A stretch of 64,000 nucleotides of DNA, taken from the NCBI GenBank assembly GCA_051001975.1, contig JBPCMU010000076.1:4836-68835 (forward strand), given 5' to 3'. Origin of the DNA: Jatrophihabitans sp. (GTDB lineage: Bacteria; Actinomycetota; Actinomycetes; Mycobacteriales; Jatrophihabitantaceae). The notes under the pieces were generated by a model. That model searched no databases. It saw only the letters and a list, made by a program, of their open reading frames with translations, and was not told the DNA's origin. The position numbers and the translations under genes were made by a program. Every line of letters begins with the position of its first letter. Position 1 is the stretch's first letter. Positions 36,402 through 46,354 of the stretch are shown here, in pieces.

Positions 36402-37285
36402 GTCCGTCCTCCCACCATCACTCGTACTGTATGCACCGCCGTGCGCGATTTTCTCGGAGCTACCTGCCGCGCCAGGACGTCGTAACCGGACGCCCGCAAC
36501 GCGTCGGCCGTGGCCAGTCCCCCGGCGACGTAACCGGCCACCGCGACCCGCGACCAGCCCTTCAACCTGCGGACCAGAGGACGCCCCGCAGCGAGCATCC
36601 CGGCGGACCGGTCGACCTGGGTCGCGACCACTGCACGCAGGGCGGCCGAAGTCTCCGCGCCAAGGAGCTCCTGATCGGTCACACCGGCAGCCCGGAGTTC
36701 TGTGTGCGGCAGGTAGATACGCCCCGCCGTGGCATCCTCGCCGACGTCCTGGCAGTGCTCGAACACCTGCAGCGCCGCGCACACCGCGTCGGAGTCGGCG
36801 ATGTTCTGATCGGTCGCGGCGCCGGCGATGTGCAGCACGATCCGGCCCACCGGCGCGGCGGACAGCGCGCAGTAGCCGAGCAGGGCGTCGAACGTCTCGT
36901 ACCGAGTGGTCACCTGGTCGACACGGTTGGCTTCCACAAGATCGAGGAACAGCTCGATCGGCACGGCGCACTCGTCGACCACGGGCTGCAGACCGGCGAC
37001 GGGCGGCAACGTCGCGGTTGCGGCCGGCAAGCCGCGCAGCTCGGCATCCACCCGGTCCAACAGAGCCAGTCGGTCACCCGGCGCGCGGTCGCCTACGTCG
37101 TCGACGAAGCGGGCGAAGGCGTAGACGCGGGCGAGGTGGGCGCGTGGCCGGCGAGGCAGTAGGCGCAGCGCGACAGGGAAGTTCTCGGCGCCGATCTGCC
37201 CCGCGGCGCCGGACGCGATAGACGCGAGCACCGATTCTGCGCTTGGGTCCGGCGTGTGGATCGCACCCGCACCCTCGTCACTCAT
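36398..37285 (-). CDS. hpnC: squalene synthase HpnC
   Basis: Start MSDEGAG at 37285. YAFARFVDDVGD and FEHCQDVGED. The 816-aa track ORF is an artefactual extension. Confidence 0.85.
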   Translation of the reverse strand: MSDEGAGAIHTPDPSAESVLASIASGAAGQIGAENFPVALRLLPRRPRAHLARVYAFARFVDDVGDRAPGDRLALLDRVDAELRGLPAATATLPPVAGLQPVVDECAVPIELFLDLVEANRVDQVTTRYETFDALLGYCALSAAPVGRIVLHIAGAATDQNIADSDAVCAALQVFEHCQDVGEDATAGRIYLPHTELRAAGVTDQELLGAETSAALRAVVATQVDRSAGMLAAGRPLVRRLKGWSRVAVAGYVAGGLATADALRASGYDVLARQVAPRKSRTAVHTVRVMVGGRT

Positions 37286-37480
37286 GATCCCCACTGACCA
37301 AAATCTGTAATACGTTCGGCTAACTAACGAATCTGTCACTTGGCATATCAGACGTCCGGCCCGCCCAGCGGCCCGCGGTCGCCGATCATGGATGCCATGT
37401 CGATAGCCTACGAGGGGCGCCGCGCGACCGACGCGCGCACCGCCGTTCCTGGTAGCGAAAGAAAGGCCGGATGATCGGTC

Positions 37481-38863
37481 GTGGGCAGCAACGCTTTCGA
37501 TCTCAAGGACCTGCTGGCACGGCGGGGCGACGAGCGGTACGCCTTGCAGAGTCGATACCTCAATCCGCAACTGCCGCGGATGCTGCACGCGATCGGCTTC
37601 GACAAGACCTACGTGCGCGGTGCCGGCGCCTACCTGTTCGACGCCGAGGGCACCAAGTACCTGGACATGCTCGCCGGATTCGGCGTCTTCGCCGTCGGCC
37701 GGCACCATCCTGTGGTGCGCCAGGCGCTGCACGACGTCCTCGACGCCGATCTCGCCGACCTGACCCAGTTCGATGCCCCGCCGCTGGCCGGCCTGCTGGC
37801 GGAGGCTTTGCTGGCCCGGATCCCCCATCTGGACCGGGTGTACTTCGGCAACAGCGGGACCGAAGCGGTCGAAGCCGCACTGAAGTTCGCCCGGTACGCC
37901 ACCGGGCGGTCTCGCATCGTCTACTTCGACCACGCGTTCCACGGGCTGACCGCGGGCGCCCTGTCGGTCAACGGTGCGAAGGAGTTCCGAGCCGGCTTCG
38001 ATCCGCTGTTCCCCGACACCGCTATCCCGTTCGGCGACTTGGCCGCGCTGGAGCGTGAACTGCGCCGCGGTGATGTCGCCGGCATGCTCGTGGAACCGAT
38101 CCAGGGCAAAGGGGTCGCGGTGACCCCGCCGGGATTCCTCCGCAACGCCCACACCCTGCTGCGGGAGCACAAAGCGCTGCTGATCGCCGACGAGGTGCAG
38201 ACCGGCATCGGCCGGACCGGCGACTTCTTCGCCTTCCAGCACGACGGCGTCGAGCCGGACATCGTGGCGACCGCCAAGGCGCTGTCCGGCGGGTACATCC
38301 CGGTTGGCGCCACGCTCGCGCACGACTGGATCTTTCAGAAGGTGTACTCGTCCATGGACCGGGTGCTGGTACACGACTCGACGTTCGGCTCGAACGCCCA
38401 GGCGATGGCTGCTGGCCTGGCTACCCTGCAAGTGTTCGACGACGAGAACGTGGTCGAGAACGCACGGCTGATGGGCGACCTGCTGAATACTCGGCTGTCG
38501 GCGCTGATCGACCGCTACGAGATGCTGCACGATGTCCGCGGCCGCGGCCTGATGATCGGCATCGAGTTCGGCCGTCCGACGTCCTGGAAGTTGCGGGGCG
38601 CCTGGACGGCGCTGCGCACCGCGCGCAAGGGGCTGTTCGCGCAGACCGTGGTGCACGCCCTGTACCACCGCCACGGCATCCTGACGCAGGTGTCCGGCGA
38701 TCACCTCGAGGTGATCAAGCTGATCCCGCCGCTGATCATCGGCGAGGCAGAGGTCGACGCCTTCATGGACGCGTTCGTCGACGTCATGGACGAGGCGCAC
38801 CGCGGCTCCGGCCTCATGTGGGACTTCGGGAAGTCGCTGGTGAAGCAAGCCCGCGCGAATTGA
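37481..38863 (+). CDS. class III aminotransferase, HpnO-like (aminobacteriohopanetriol synthase candidate)
   Basis: 460 aa: GNSGTEAVEAALKFAR...DEVQTGIGRTG...TAKALSGG. Divergent from hpnC. Confidence 0.8.
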   Translation: MGSNAFDLKDLLARRGDERYALQSRYLNPQLPRMLHAIGFDKTYVRGAGAYLFDAEGTKYLDMLAGFGVFAVGRHHPVVRQALHDVLDADLADLTQFDAPPLAGLLAEALLARIPHLDRVYFGNSGTEAVEAALKFARYATGRSRIVYFDHAFHGLTAGALSVNGAKEFRAGFDPLFPDTAIPFGDLAALERELRRGDVAGMLVEPIQGKGVAVTPPGFLRNAHTLLREHKALLIADEVQTGIGRTGDFFAFQHDGVEPDIVATAKALSGGYIPVGATLAHDWIFQKVYSSMDRVLVHDSTFGSNAQAMAAGLATLQVFDDENVVENARLMGDLLNTRLSALIDRYEMLHDVRGRGLMIGIEFGRPTSWKLRGAWTALRTARKGLFAQTVVHALYHRHGILTQVSGDHLEVIKLIPPLIIGEAEVDAFMDAFVDVMDEAHRGSGLMWDFGKSLVKQARAN

Positions 38864-38893
38864 CGGATGTACCTATGCGCCGGCTTCGCAAGC

Positions 38894-40264
38894 TCAGGCG
38901 GCGACAGGGCGGCGGCTGCGGGGCTCACCGGCGGGTACCAGCAACACGATTTCGGCCGGGCGCCGACCGCGCGGGTCGACCCGGACCCGCAGGCTGCGCA
39001 CATGTGCCAGCACCAGGGCGACGCCTCCGGCGGCGACGAGCGGGACCAGCCCGCACGCAGCCAGCCCGACCCGCGCACCGTAATGCTGCGTGACCAGTCC
39101 GATGATCGGGCCGCCAAGGGCAGGCCCACCCATGCTCACCAAGATGTAGACGCTCATCACCCGGCCGCGGATCCACTCCTCGGTCGTGGTCTGCACGGTG
39201 GTGTTCGCGGTGACCAGGAAGCGAACCGCGGTGAACCCGACAAGGGTCAGCATCGCCCCGAACATCACTACGTCCGGGGCGAATGCCGTCATCGCCTCGG
39301 CCCAGCCGAACATCGCAGCGCCGAGCGCGATCGAGCGCAGTCGTATTGCCCCGATCCGGGCGGCAGCGATGGACCCGAGCAGCGACCCGGCTGCCACCAG
39401 GGTGTTGAAGAGGCCGTAGCCGCCGGCCCCGGTAGCAAATTCGTTTCGGGCGAAGCCGGCCAGCACGATCGGCAGGTTCAGCCCGAAGGTGGCGGCGAAC
39501 GCAACCAGAACGATCGTCCAGCACAGGTTGCGCCGCTCGGCGATGTACCGAAGGCCCTCGCGTAGCTGACCCTTGGCCCGCGGCATGCGTGGGATCGAGT
39601 TGAGCTCACTGAGCCGCACCCGTCGCAAGGTGATCACCACGGCGGCGTAGGCCATCGCGTTGAGCGCGAACGCCCAGCCGCCACCCACGATGTTGATGAG
39701 GACGCCGGCAACGGCGGGGCCGGCCAGTCCGCCGAACTGGAAGACCGCGGAATTGAGACTGATGGCCCGCGGCAGCAACTCGCGGCCGACCATCTCACCG
39801 ACGAATAGCTGGCGGGTCGGGCCGTCGACCACCGTCACCAAACCGAGGCAGAACGCGACCGCGTAGACGGAGTACACGGTCACGTGGTGGGTCAGCGTCA
39901 ACACGGCCAGGGTGGTGGCCAGCAGGCAGGCGGAGGACTGGGTGATGAGCAGCAGCCGGCGCTTGGGATAGCGGTCGGCGATGACGCCGCCGAACAGCCC
40001 GAAAAGCAGGATCGGCAGGAACTGCGCCGCGGTTGTCACTCCGACCGCGGCGGCGCTGCCGGACAGACTGAGCACCAGCCAGTCCTGGGCAACACGCTGC
40101 ATCCAGAGCCCGGTCGTTGCCACGACCTGCGTCGAGACGAAGAGTCGGTAGTTGCGGATCTTGAGGATCGCGGAGAGGGCAGTCGGATTGGGCTGCGTCG
40201 TGCGGGGTGGCACTGAATCACTTCTTCGGTATCGGTAGTCGGCGGGTCGTTGCGAAAGCTGCAA
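38894..40264 (-). CDS. MFS transporter
   Basis: 456 aa, 12-14 hydrophobic helices, GGVIADRYPKRR motif. Confidence 0.8.
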   Translation of the reverse strand: MQLSQRPADYRYRRSDSVPPRTTQPNPTALSAILKIRNYRLFVSTQVVATTGLWMQRVAQDWLVLSLSGSAAAVGVTTAAQFLPILLFGLFGGVIADRYPKRRLLLITQSSACLLATTLAVLTLTHHVTVYSVYAVAFCLGLVTVVDGPTRQLFVGEMVGRELLPRAISLNSAVFQFGGLAGPAVAGVLINIVGGGWAFALNAMAYAAVVITLRRVRLSELNSIPRMPRAKGQLREGLRYIAERRNLCWTIVLVAFAATFGLNLPIVLAGFARNEFATGAGGYGLFNTLVAAGSLLGSIAAARIGAIRLRSIALGAAMFGWAEAMTAFAPDVVMFGAMLTLVGFTAVRFLVTANTTVQTTTEEWIRGRVMSVYILVSMGGPALGGPIIGLVTQHYGARVGLAACGLVPLVAAGGVALVLAHVRSLRVRVDPRGRRPAEIVLLVPAGEPRSRRPVAA

Positions 40265-40320
40265 GTATCAGCATCCCCGATGCGGTCACCATTGCTCGCC
40301 ATTATTCCGCTCTTACTTGC

Positions 40321-40335
40321 ATTAGTATTCGTAAT
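40321..40335. promoter_or_regulatory. LysR-type T-N11-A box ATTAGTATTCGTAAT
   Basis: Dyad ATTA-N7-TAAT in the 100-bp divergent MFS/LysR intergenic region. Confidence 0.45.
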
Positions 40336-40364
40336 GCTACTGCCGTCGGCATCGAGGAGCACCC

Positions 40365-41264
40365 GTGCTTGATCCACTTCTGCTGCGCACCTTCGTCACC
40401 GTGGTGGCGACCTCCAGCTTCACCCGAGCAGGCGAGCAGCTGGGCATCAGCCAACCGACCGTCAGCCAGCACGTCCGCAAGCTCGAAGCGGCCGCCGGCC
40501 GGCAGTTGCTTTCCCGTGATACCCGGGCAGTAGCGCTCACCGAGGACGGCGAGGCGATGGCCGGTTTCGCCCGCACCATCCTCGGCGCCCAAGAGCAGGC
40601 GATCAGCTACTTCACCGGTTCGGCGTTACGCGGCCGGTTGCGCTTCGGTGCGTCCGATGACCTCGCGCTCACCCAGTTGCCCCGCATCCTTCGAGACTTC
40701 CGGCAGTTGCACCCACGCATCGATCTGGAGCTCACCGTCACCCAGAGCGGCGCGTTGTACCGACGCGTCAAGTCCGGCCACCTCGACATGGTGCTGGTGA
40801 AGCATGACCCGGCGGCCGCCGAGCCGGAGGGTCGCCTGGTGCGCCGAGATCGGCTGATCTGGGTCGGCGTGGAAGGCACCACGATCGAGCCGGATCGCCC
40901 GGTCCCGCTCGTCACCTACCACGCACCGAGCCACAGCCGGGCGACCGCTCTGGCCGCCCTGGAGAAGGCCGGGCTGACCTGGCGGATCACCTGCAACACC
41001 CGGGAGGTGAACGGGGCGCTGGCCGCGACCCGTGCCGGCCTGGGTATCGCGGTGATGCCGGAGAGCCTCACTCCCCCGGACCTGATACCGATCGGCAAAC
41101 GCTGCAACCTGCCCGAGCTCGGCAAGATCGACATCGTGCTGATGACCCACCCACGTGCGGCGAAGGAGCCGGCGGCTGCGCTCACTGCGGCGATCCTCGG
41201 ACGGCCCCCGCACGGTCTCCCGGAGGTACGAACCGCCGCTGTCGTCGGGAACCGGCGAAGCTAG
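40365..41264 (+). CDS. LysR-family transcriptional regulator
   Basis: LLRTFVTVVATSSFTRAGEQLGISQPTVSQHVRKLE. Confidence 0.9.
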   Translation: MLDPLLLRTFVTVVATSSFTRAGEQLGISQPTVSQHVRKLEAAAGRQLLSRDTRAVALTEDGEAMAGFARTILGAQEQAISYFTGSALRGRLRFGASDDLALTQLPRILRDFRQLHPRIDLELTVTQSGALYRRVKSGHLDMVLVKHDPAAAEPEGRLVRRDRLIWVGVEGTTIEPDRPVPLVTYHAPSHSRATALAALEKAGLTWRITCNTREVNGALAATRAGLGIAVMPESLTPPDLIPIGKRCNLPELGKIDIVLMTHPRAAKEPAAALTAAILGRPPHGLPEVRTAAVVGNRRS

Positions 41265-41363
41265 GGCCCGATGACGGGTCGACACCCTCTGCATTCTCCG
41301 GTGCGGTTGGTCCGTCCTGGTTATTGCCGCAGCGACGGGGTGCTTGACCCTTTCGCTGCGCGG

Positions 41364-41419
41364 TCGGGTGGCGGTTCTCGGGTGGCGGCTGTCGGGTGGC
41401 GGCTCTCGGCTGGCGGGGC
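41364..41419 (+). repeat. 4 x 14-bp tandem repeat TCGGGTGGCGGCTN
   Basis: tcgggtggcggttc tcgggtggcggctg tcgggtggcggctc tcggctggcggggc, read directly. Confidence 0.7.
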
Positions 41420-41521
41420 TTACTGAGGCAGCGACGGATGCGCTCGGTCTTGGTTGCGTGGCCGGCCGGCGGTTCGTGGTCGGCTGGTTCGTTGGCCCCG
41501 TAACACCGTCAACTTGATCGG

Positions 41522-42974
41522 TTGCCCTTATGGGATATGGCGAAACTCTTTCGATTGGGTCCTGTGGATAGCCCGAAATTGTCGGTGGCCGGCCGTAAAA
41601 TTGGTGCCATGGACGACGGCGAATCAGACCGGGACGACGAGGTGGTTGTGCCGTCGCCGTTTGAGGTGTTGATGCACCCCGACGAATCGCTCGCTGTCCT
41701 GGCGCAGGTGGCGCCCTCGACCGACTCGGTACACGCGGCGTGCTTCGCGAAGCCCGCTCTGCTGTCCGACGCCGGCCGGATCGACCTGCTGGACGTGTTG
41801 CGCCGGGAAGAGGGGTTCGACGCGGCCCGCAAATTGGAACTACTCGCGGCCATCTCCCGCGCCGACGGCAGCAAAGATCAGTGGTCGACACAGGAGATCT
41901 CCGCCGTCCTGCGGATCGCACCAGGCACCGCTGCGACGCAGGTCCACCGCGCGCAACTACTGACCACGACACTGAAGGCGTCGCTGGAATCGTTGCGCGA
42001 GGGGTTGATCTCCGCCCGGCACGCCGACTACCTGGCGTCCGCTGTCATCGGCCTCGACCCTGAGGTGGCGCGTGCGGTGGAGGACCGGGTCCTGGAGCGC
42101 GGTGGGGAGCAGACGTTGTCGCAGTTCCGGAAGTCCGTCACCCGCGCCGTGCTGCAGTTGGATCCGGCCGGTGAGGCCGAGATGCATGCTGACGCTCTGG
42201 CCGAGCGGCGGGTGGTGTGTACCCCGGAGCCGCACGGGATGAGCTCTATCTGGGCGTACCTGCCCACCGACGGTGCCGCTTCCCTGATGACCGCGATCGA
42301 CTCCCTCGCGGGCGAGACGATCTTCGGGAAGGGCGGCGACCCGCGTACCGCGGATCAGCGCCGCGCCGACGCACTGATCACGATGGCCGAGACGATCCTC
42401 GGCGACCCGTGTTTGACGCGCCGCCACGGTGCCCGCCCGGCGGTGCAACTGACCGTCGCCGCCTCGACACTGCTCGGGCTGGATGAGCAGCCCGGCGAGC
42501 TGGCCGGGTACGGACCCATCCCCGCCCAAATGGCCCGCCGCATCGCCCAGGATGAGAGCGGCACCTGGCGGCGGCTGATCACCGACGACCACGGCCGCCT
42601 GATCGACTACGGCACCCAGACCTACCGGCCACCAGCACGCCTGGCGGCGTTCATCATCGCCAGAGACCAGACCTGCACCTTCACCTCCTGCACCCGACCC
42701 GCCGTCGCCTGCGACCTGGATCATCTTCGGTCCGCCAAGGACGGCGGGCCGACCTGCGAAGGGAACCTCCACCCACTCTGCCGGCGGCATCATCGATGCA
42801 AACACCAAACCGACTGGCACCCCCAGCGGCAACCCGACGGATCCACCACCTGCACCAGCCCCACCGGCCACCAAGTTCAGACCCGGGCCCGACCCGCGAC
42901 CCACCACCATCGACCTCAAGCCACCGCAATCGCCACCCGAACCAGCCGACGACCCCGACCCGCCGCCGTTCTGA
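41522..42974 (+). pseudogene. DUF222/HNH endonuclease (13E12-repeat-type), apparent frameshift near 42882-42890
   Basis: HNH core DLDHLRSAKDGGPTCEGNLHPLCRRHHRCKH. After the CCCGGGCCC run, the family-typical C-terminus ...PTTIDLKPPQSPPEPADDPDPPPF* (stop at 42972-42974) is in another frame. The same-frame tail to 43105 looks non-coding. Confidence 0.65.
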
Positions 42975-43094
42975 TGGTGACGTGGTGCGGGAGAGTCACC
43001 GTCGTGCGCGACATATCCCGCACCACGACGGAGAAACGCGCACCAGGACCAACTGATCGCCCGGTGAGACAGCTGCCGCCGGCGGCTCTGACCG

Positions 43095-43940
43095 TCAGTC
43101 GTTGATGCCGGTGCGCTCGACGCCCTGGACGATGTAGCGCTGCAACAGCAGGAAGACGACCAGTAGCGGCAGGATCGAGAACAGCGCGGCGGTGAACAGT
43201 TCGTGCAGCCGGATGGTCTGCGCAGTGAGGAATGTCGACAGCGAGAGTTGCACCGTCCAGGACTGCGGGTCCTGCGCGATGACAAGTGGCCAGAGAAACG
43301 CGTTCCAGCTTCCGATGAACGTCAGCGCGCCGACTGCGGCAAAGATCGGCTTCGAGTTCGGTACGACGATGCGCCAATACGCACCCCAGTAGCCGAGCCC
43401 GTCGATGCGTGCGGCCTCCTCCAGTTCGGCCGGGAAACCGAGGAAGTACTGCCGGAACAGGAACGCCGCGAACGCCTGGAACAGGCCCGGCACGATGATT
43501 CCGCGCAGCGTGCTGACCCAGCCCAAGGACGAGACCAGCACGAAGCTGGGCACGAATGTGACAGCGGCCGGAATGAGCAGCGTGCCGAGCACGAAGATGA
43601 AGACCAGGTTGGCATGTCGGTACGGGATGCGGGCCAGTCCGTAGCCGGCCAGCGACGCCAGCACGATCACGCCGACGGTCTGCACGACCGCGATGACGAT
43701 CGAGTTGACCATGCTTCGCAGCATTGGCACCGACGGGTCGTCGAACAGCTCCTTGATGTTTCCCCAGTGCAGATGCGACGGGAAGAACTTCCAATTCGGC
43801 GACGTGATGTCCAGATCGGTACTCAATGCATTGCGGACCAACAGATAGAACGGCAACAGAAACAGCACGGTGCCGATCACCAATAACACGTAGCGCAACG
43901 TCGAGCCGGACCGCTCGATCGCGGTGCGTTGGCGTCTCAT
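43095..43940 (-). CDS. carbohydrate ABC transporter permease
   Basis: Start MRRQRTA at 43940. EAA-loop motif ELEEAARIDGLGYWGAYWRIVVP. Confidence 0.9.
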   Translation of the reverse strand: MRRQRTAIERSGSTLRYVLLVIGTVLFLLPFYLLVRNALSTDLDITSPNWKFFPSHLHWGNIKELFDDPSVPMLRSMVNSIVIAVVQTVGVIVLASLAGYGLARIPYRHANLVFIFVLGTLLIPAAVTFVPSFVLVSSLGWVSTLRGIIVPGLFQAFAAFLFRQYFLGFPAELEEAARIDGLGYWGAYWRIVVPNSKPIFAAVGALTFIGSWNAFLWPLVIAQDPQSWTVQLSLSTFLTAQTIRLHELFTAALFSILPLLVVFLLLQRYIVQGVERTGIND

Positions 43941-45007
43941 ACCGGCACCGTTGCCTTCGCCGCCCGCGCCGCCGCACGCCGCAGCTTGCGCCGCGACGTG
44001 CGGTCCGAGCGATCTTGGCCGAACCCGAAGAAGGTGCCCTGCGCGACGGTGAACAGCGCGATCAGCAGCGCCAACATCATCGCGCCGGCGCTGCCGTGGC
44101 CGAAGTCCTGCTGTTGGCCGAGAGCGATGTAGTAGAGGTAGACCAGTGGTGGACGGGCGTACGGCGGGTAGCCAGACGAACTGGCCAGCAGGTTGTAGAA
44201 CTCGTCGAAGGCCTGGAACGCGTTGATGAACAGCAGGATCAGCACGGCGATCGAGGTGGGCCTCAGCTGCGAGAGGGTGATGTGCCGGAACACCTGCCAG
44301 CCGGGCCGGGCACCGTCCACTGCAGCCGCCTCGTAGAGCGTCGGCGAAATCCGCTGCAGCCCGGCGAGGAACAAGATCATGTAGAAACCGACCTGCAGCC
44401 ACAACCGCACTGAGACGATCACCAGCCAGTACCACGGCGGATGTGTCACCGAAAGCCAGGCGATGGAGTTCACGCCGAACTTGTCGAGCACCGTATTGGC
44501 CAGCCCGAAATGCACGCCACTGAAGATCGACATCTTCCAGATCAGGGCGGCGACGACGTAGGAGCAGGCCGTCGGCAGGAAGAACACTGACCGGAAGAAC
44601 GACTGGGCGAACCTGGCGCGGTTGACCAGCAGAGCCAGACCGAGCGAGGCGGCGAACGTCGTCGGCACGATGAACACGGCGAAGACCAAGAACGTCACCA
44701 TGCTGTGCACGAATGCCGGTTGCTTCAGTAGATCGATGTAGTTCTGTACTCCGACGAACTTCGACGGCGTCACAGTGTTGCGGGCCTCGAAGAAGCTCAG
44801 GTAGAGGCTCCACGCGATCGGGATGTAGACGAAGATCGTCAGCCCGAGCAGGAACGGCCCGACGAACACCCAGAACCACAGCGTGCGGTGCTGATTGCTC
44901 CCGTGCCGCCTACGTCGCTGCAGTTCCGCTGGCCGCGCGTCCGGTTCGCTGCTGGCGTGTCGCCGGCGGCGCTGCAGCGCCGCCGGACGCGCGTCCGCTG
45001 CGCTCAC
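43937..45007 (-). CDS. carbohydrate ABC transporter permease
   Basis: 356-aa ORF. The true start is probably internal. The N-terminus holds a duplicated DARPA(A/E)LQRRRRH(A/G)S unit. Confidence 0.85.
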   Translation of the reverse strand: MSAADARPAALQRRRRHASSEPDARPAELQRRRRHGSNQHRTLWFWVFVGPFLLGLTIFVYIPIAWSLYLSFFEARNTVTPSKFVGVQNYIDLLKQPAFVHSMVTFLVFAVFIVPTTFAASLGLALLVNRARFAQSFFRSVFFLPTACSYVVAALIWKMSIFSGVHFGLANTVLDKFGVNSIAWLSVTHPPWYWLVIVSVRLWLQVGFYMILFLAGLQRISPTLYEAAAVDGARPGWQVFRHITLSQLRPTSIAVLILLFINAFQAFDEFYNLLASSSGYPPYARPPLVYLYYIALGQQQDFGHGSAGAMMLALLIALFTVAQGTFFGFGQDRSDRTSRRKLRRAAARAAKATVPV

Positions 45008-45011
45008 CGCG

Positions 45012-46301
45012 TTACTTGACGCGGTCGAGCTCGGCTTGAACTGTCTTCTTGACCGTCGCGAGTTGACTGGTCGGGTCGGCGCCGTCCTTGATGATCCTGC
45101 TCAGCGCATCCTGGTAAGCGGTGCCCGATGCGGGAGTCCAGAGCAGCGGTGTCTGCGCCTTACCGTTGTCGGTCACCATCTTCGCGGCGTCCGCAGCTGG
45201 CCCGGTCTTCAGCTTGTCGGCCTTGTTGACCAGAGTGGCCCGCGACGGAATGTGGAAGCCGTAGCTCTGCGCGAAGTCGAGCTGGTCGGCGGTCTGATCG
45301 ACCCATAGCCACTTCACGAACGCCTTGGCAGCATCCACGTTCTTGCTCTTCGCACTCACGCTGGAGCCATAGGCGCCCACCGGCACGGATGGTGCGCCGA
45401 CGCTGTCGGAAAGCTTCGGCCAGGGCACGACACCGAAGTCGTCCTTCAGCGTCTCGGCGAGGGAGGCGAAGTTCCACAGCCCGGTGAACTGCATGGCGGT
45501 GAGGCCCTGGTTGATGGCCGACGGGTCGGACCAGTCGGCCGGCGCGCCGAGCAGCAACGATCCGCTGGTGAACAGTTCCCGCAGCTTGCCCAGCGAGACC
45601 GCGGCGTTCGGATCGTCGAAGCCGATCTTGTTGTCCTCGGTCAGGTAGTCGAGACCAGCCGCCCACAGGGCCGGGCCGCCGAGGATGCCGACGCCGCCGT
45701 CATTGCCGACGAACAGGCCCTTGACCTTCTTGCTGGTGAGTCGCTTTGCGGCATCGATCAGCTCGTCCATGGTCTGCGGTGCGCTGACACCGGCGTCGCT
45801 GAGCATGCTTTTGCGGTAGACGAGCAACTGCATGTCGATGACCTGCGGCACCGCATACAGCGAACCCTCGTACGTCATCCGCTTGACCAATGCCGGATTG
45901 AAGTCGCTCGCCGCGTCGCCCAGGATGCCATCCAGCGGCACGACCTGCTTGCTCTTGATCTGGTCGATGTTCGGTCCGTTGCCTTCTTCGAAGACGTCCG
46001 GGCCAGAACTGGTGAGCAGCGCGGCGGCGGCCTTCTTGTCGTAGTCACCCGGCGTCCAGGTGACGGTGACCTTGGCCTTCTTGTACGCCGCGGCATAGCG
46101 CTTCACGGCTTGCTCGGTGCCGGCCTCGCCGTACTGGTGATACCACTGCGCCAACGCCGGGGTGCTGCCCCCACCGGTGCTCTTACTGCGGCCGGTGTTC
46201 GACCCGCAGGCCGCCAGCGCGCCGAGCGCGGCTACGCCGCCGGAGACGCCGAAGAAGGTGCGCCGGTTCATTGCTGAGATGCGAGGTCGCTCGGTCATCA
46301 C
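45012..46301 (-). CDS. ABC transporter extracellular sugar-binding lipoprotein
   Basis: 429 aa. Tat-like/lipobox N-terminus RRTFFGVSGGVAALGALAACG. Confidence 0.9.
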   Translation of the reverse strand: MMTERPRISAMNRRTFFGVSGGVAALGALAACGSNTGRSKSTGGGSTPALAQWYHQYGEAGTEQAVKRYAAAYKKAKVTVTWTPGDYDKKAAAALLTSSGPDVFEEGNGPNIDQIKSKQVVPLDGILGDAASDFNPALVKRMTYEGSLYAVPQVIDMQLLVYRKSMLSDAGVSAPQTMDELIDAAKRLTSKKVKGLFVGNDGGVGILGGPALWAAGLDYLTEDNKIGFDDPNAAVSLGKLRELFTSGSLLLGAPADWSDPSAINQGLTAMQFTGLWNFASLAETLKDDFGVVPWPKLSDSVGAPSVPVGAYGSSVSAKSKNVDAAKAFVKWLWVDQTADQLDFAQSYGFHIPSRATLVNKADKLKTGPAADAAKMVTDNGKAQTPLLWTPASGTAYQDALSRIIKDGADPTSQLATVKKTVQAELDRVK

Positions 46302-46354
46302 GCGCTCCTGGGGGTTGGTTCCTGCCGTGCCAAGAAGAATCTATTACCTGCCCC

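Noticed and set aside
36398-38848. 816-aa minus-strand ORF. Similar over-long ORFs occur at 28659-30617, 35511-36971, 43095-44879, 57828-60155 and 61512-63332.
   Set aside because: Only the C-terminal part of each matches a real protein family (HpnC, HpnH, HpnD, ABC permease, proline racemase, malic enzyme). The N-terminal extensions overlap other genes and lack coding character. Starts were reassigned using RBS, overlap and family N-termini.
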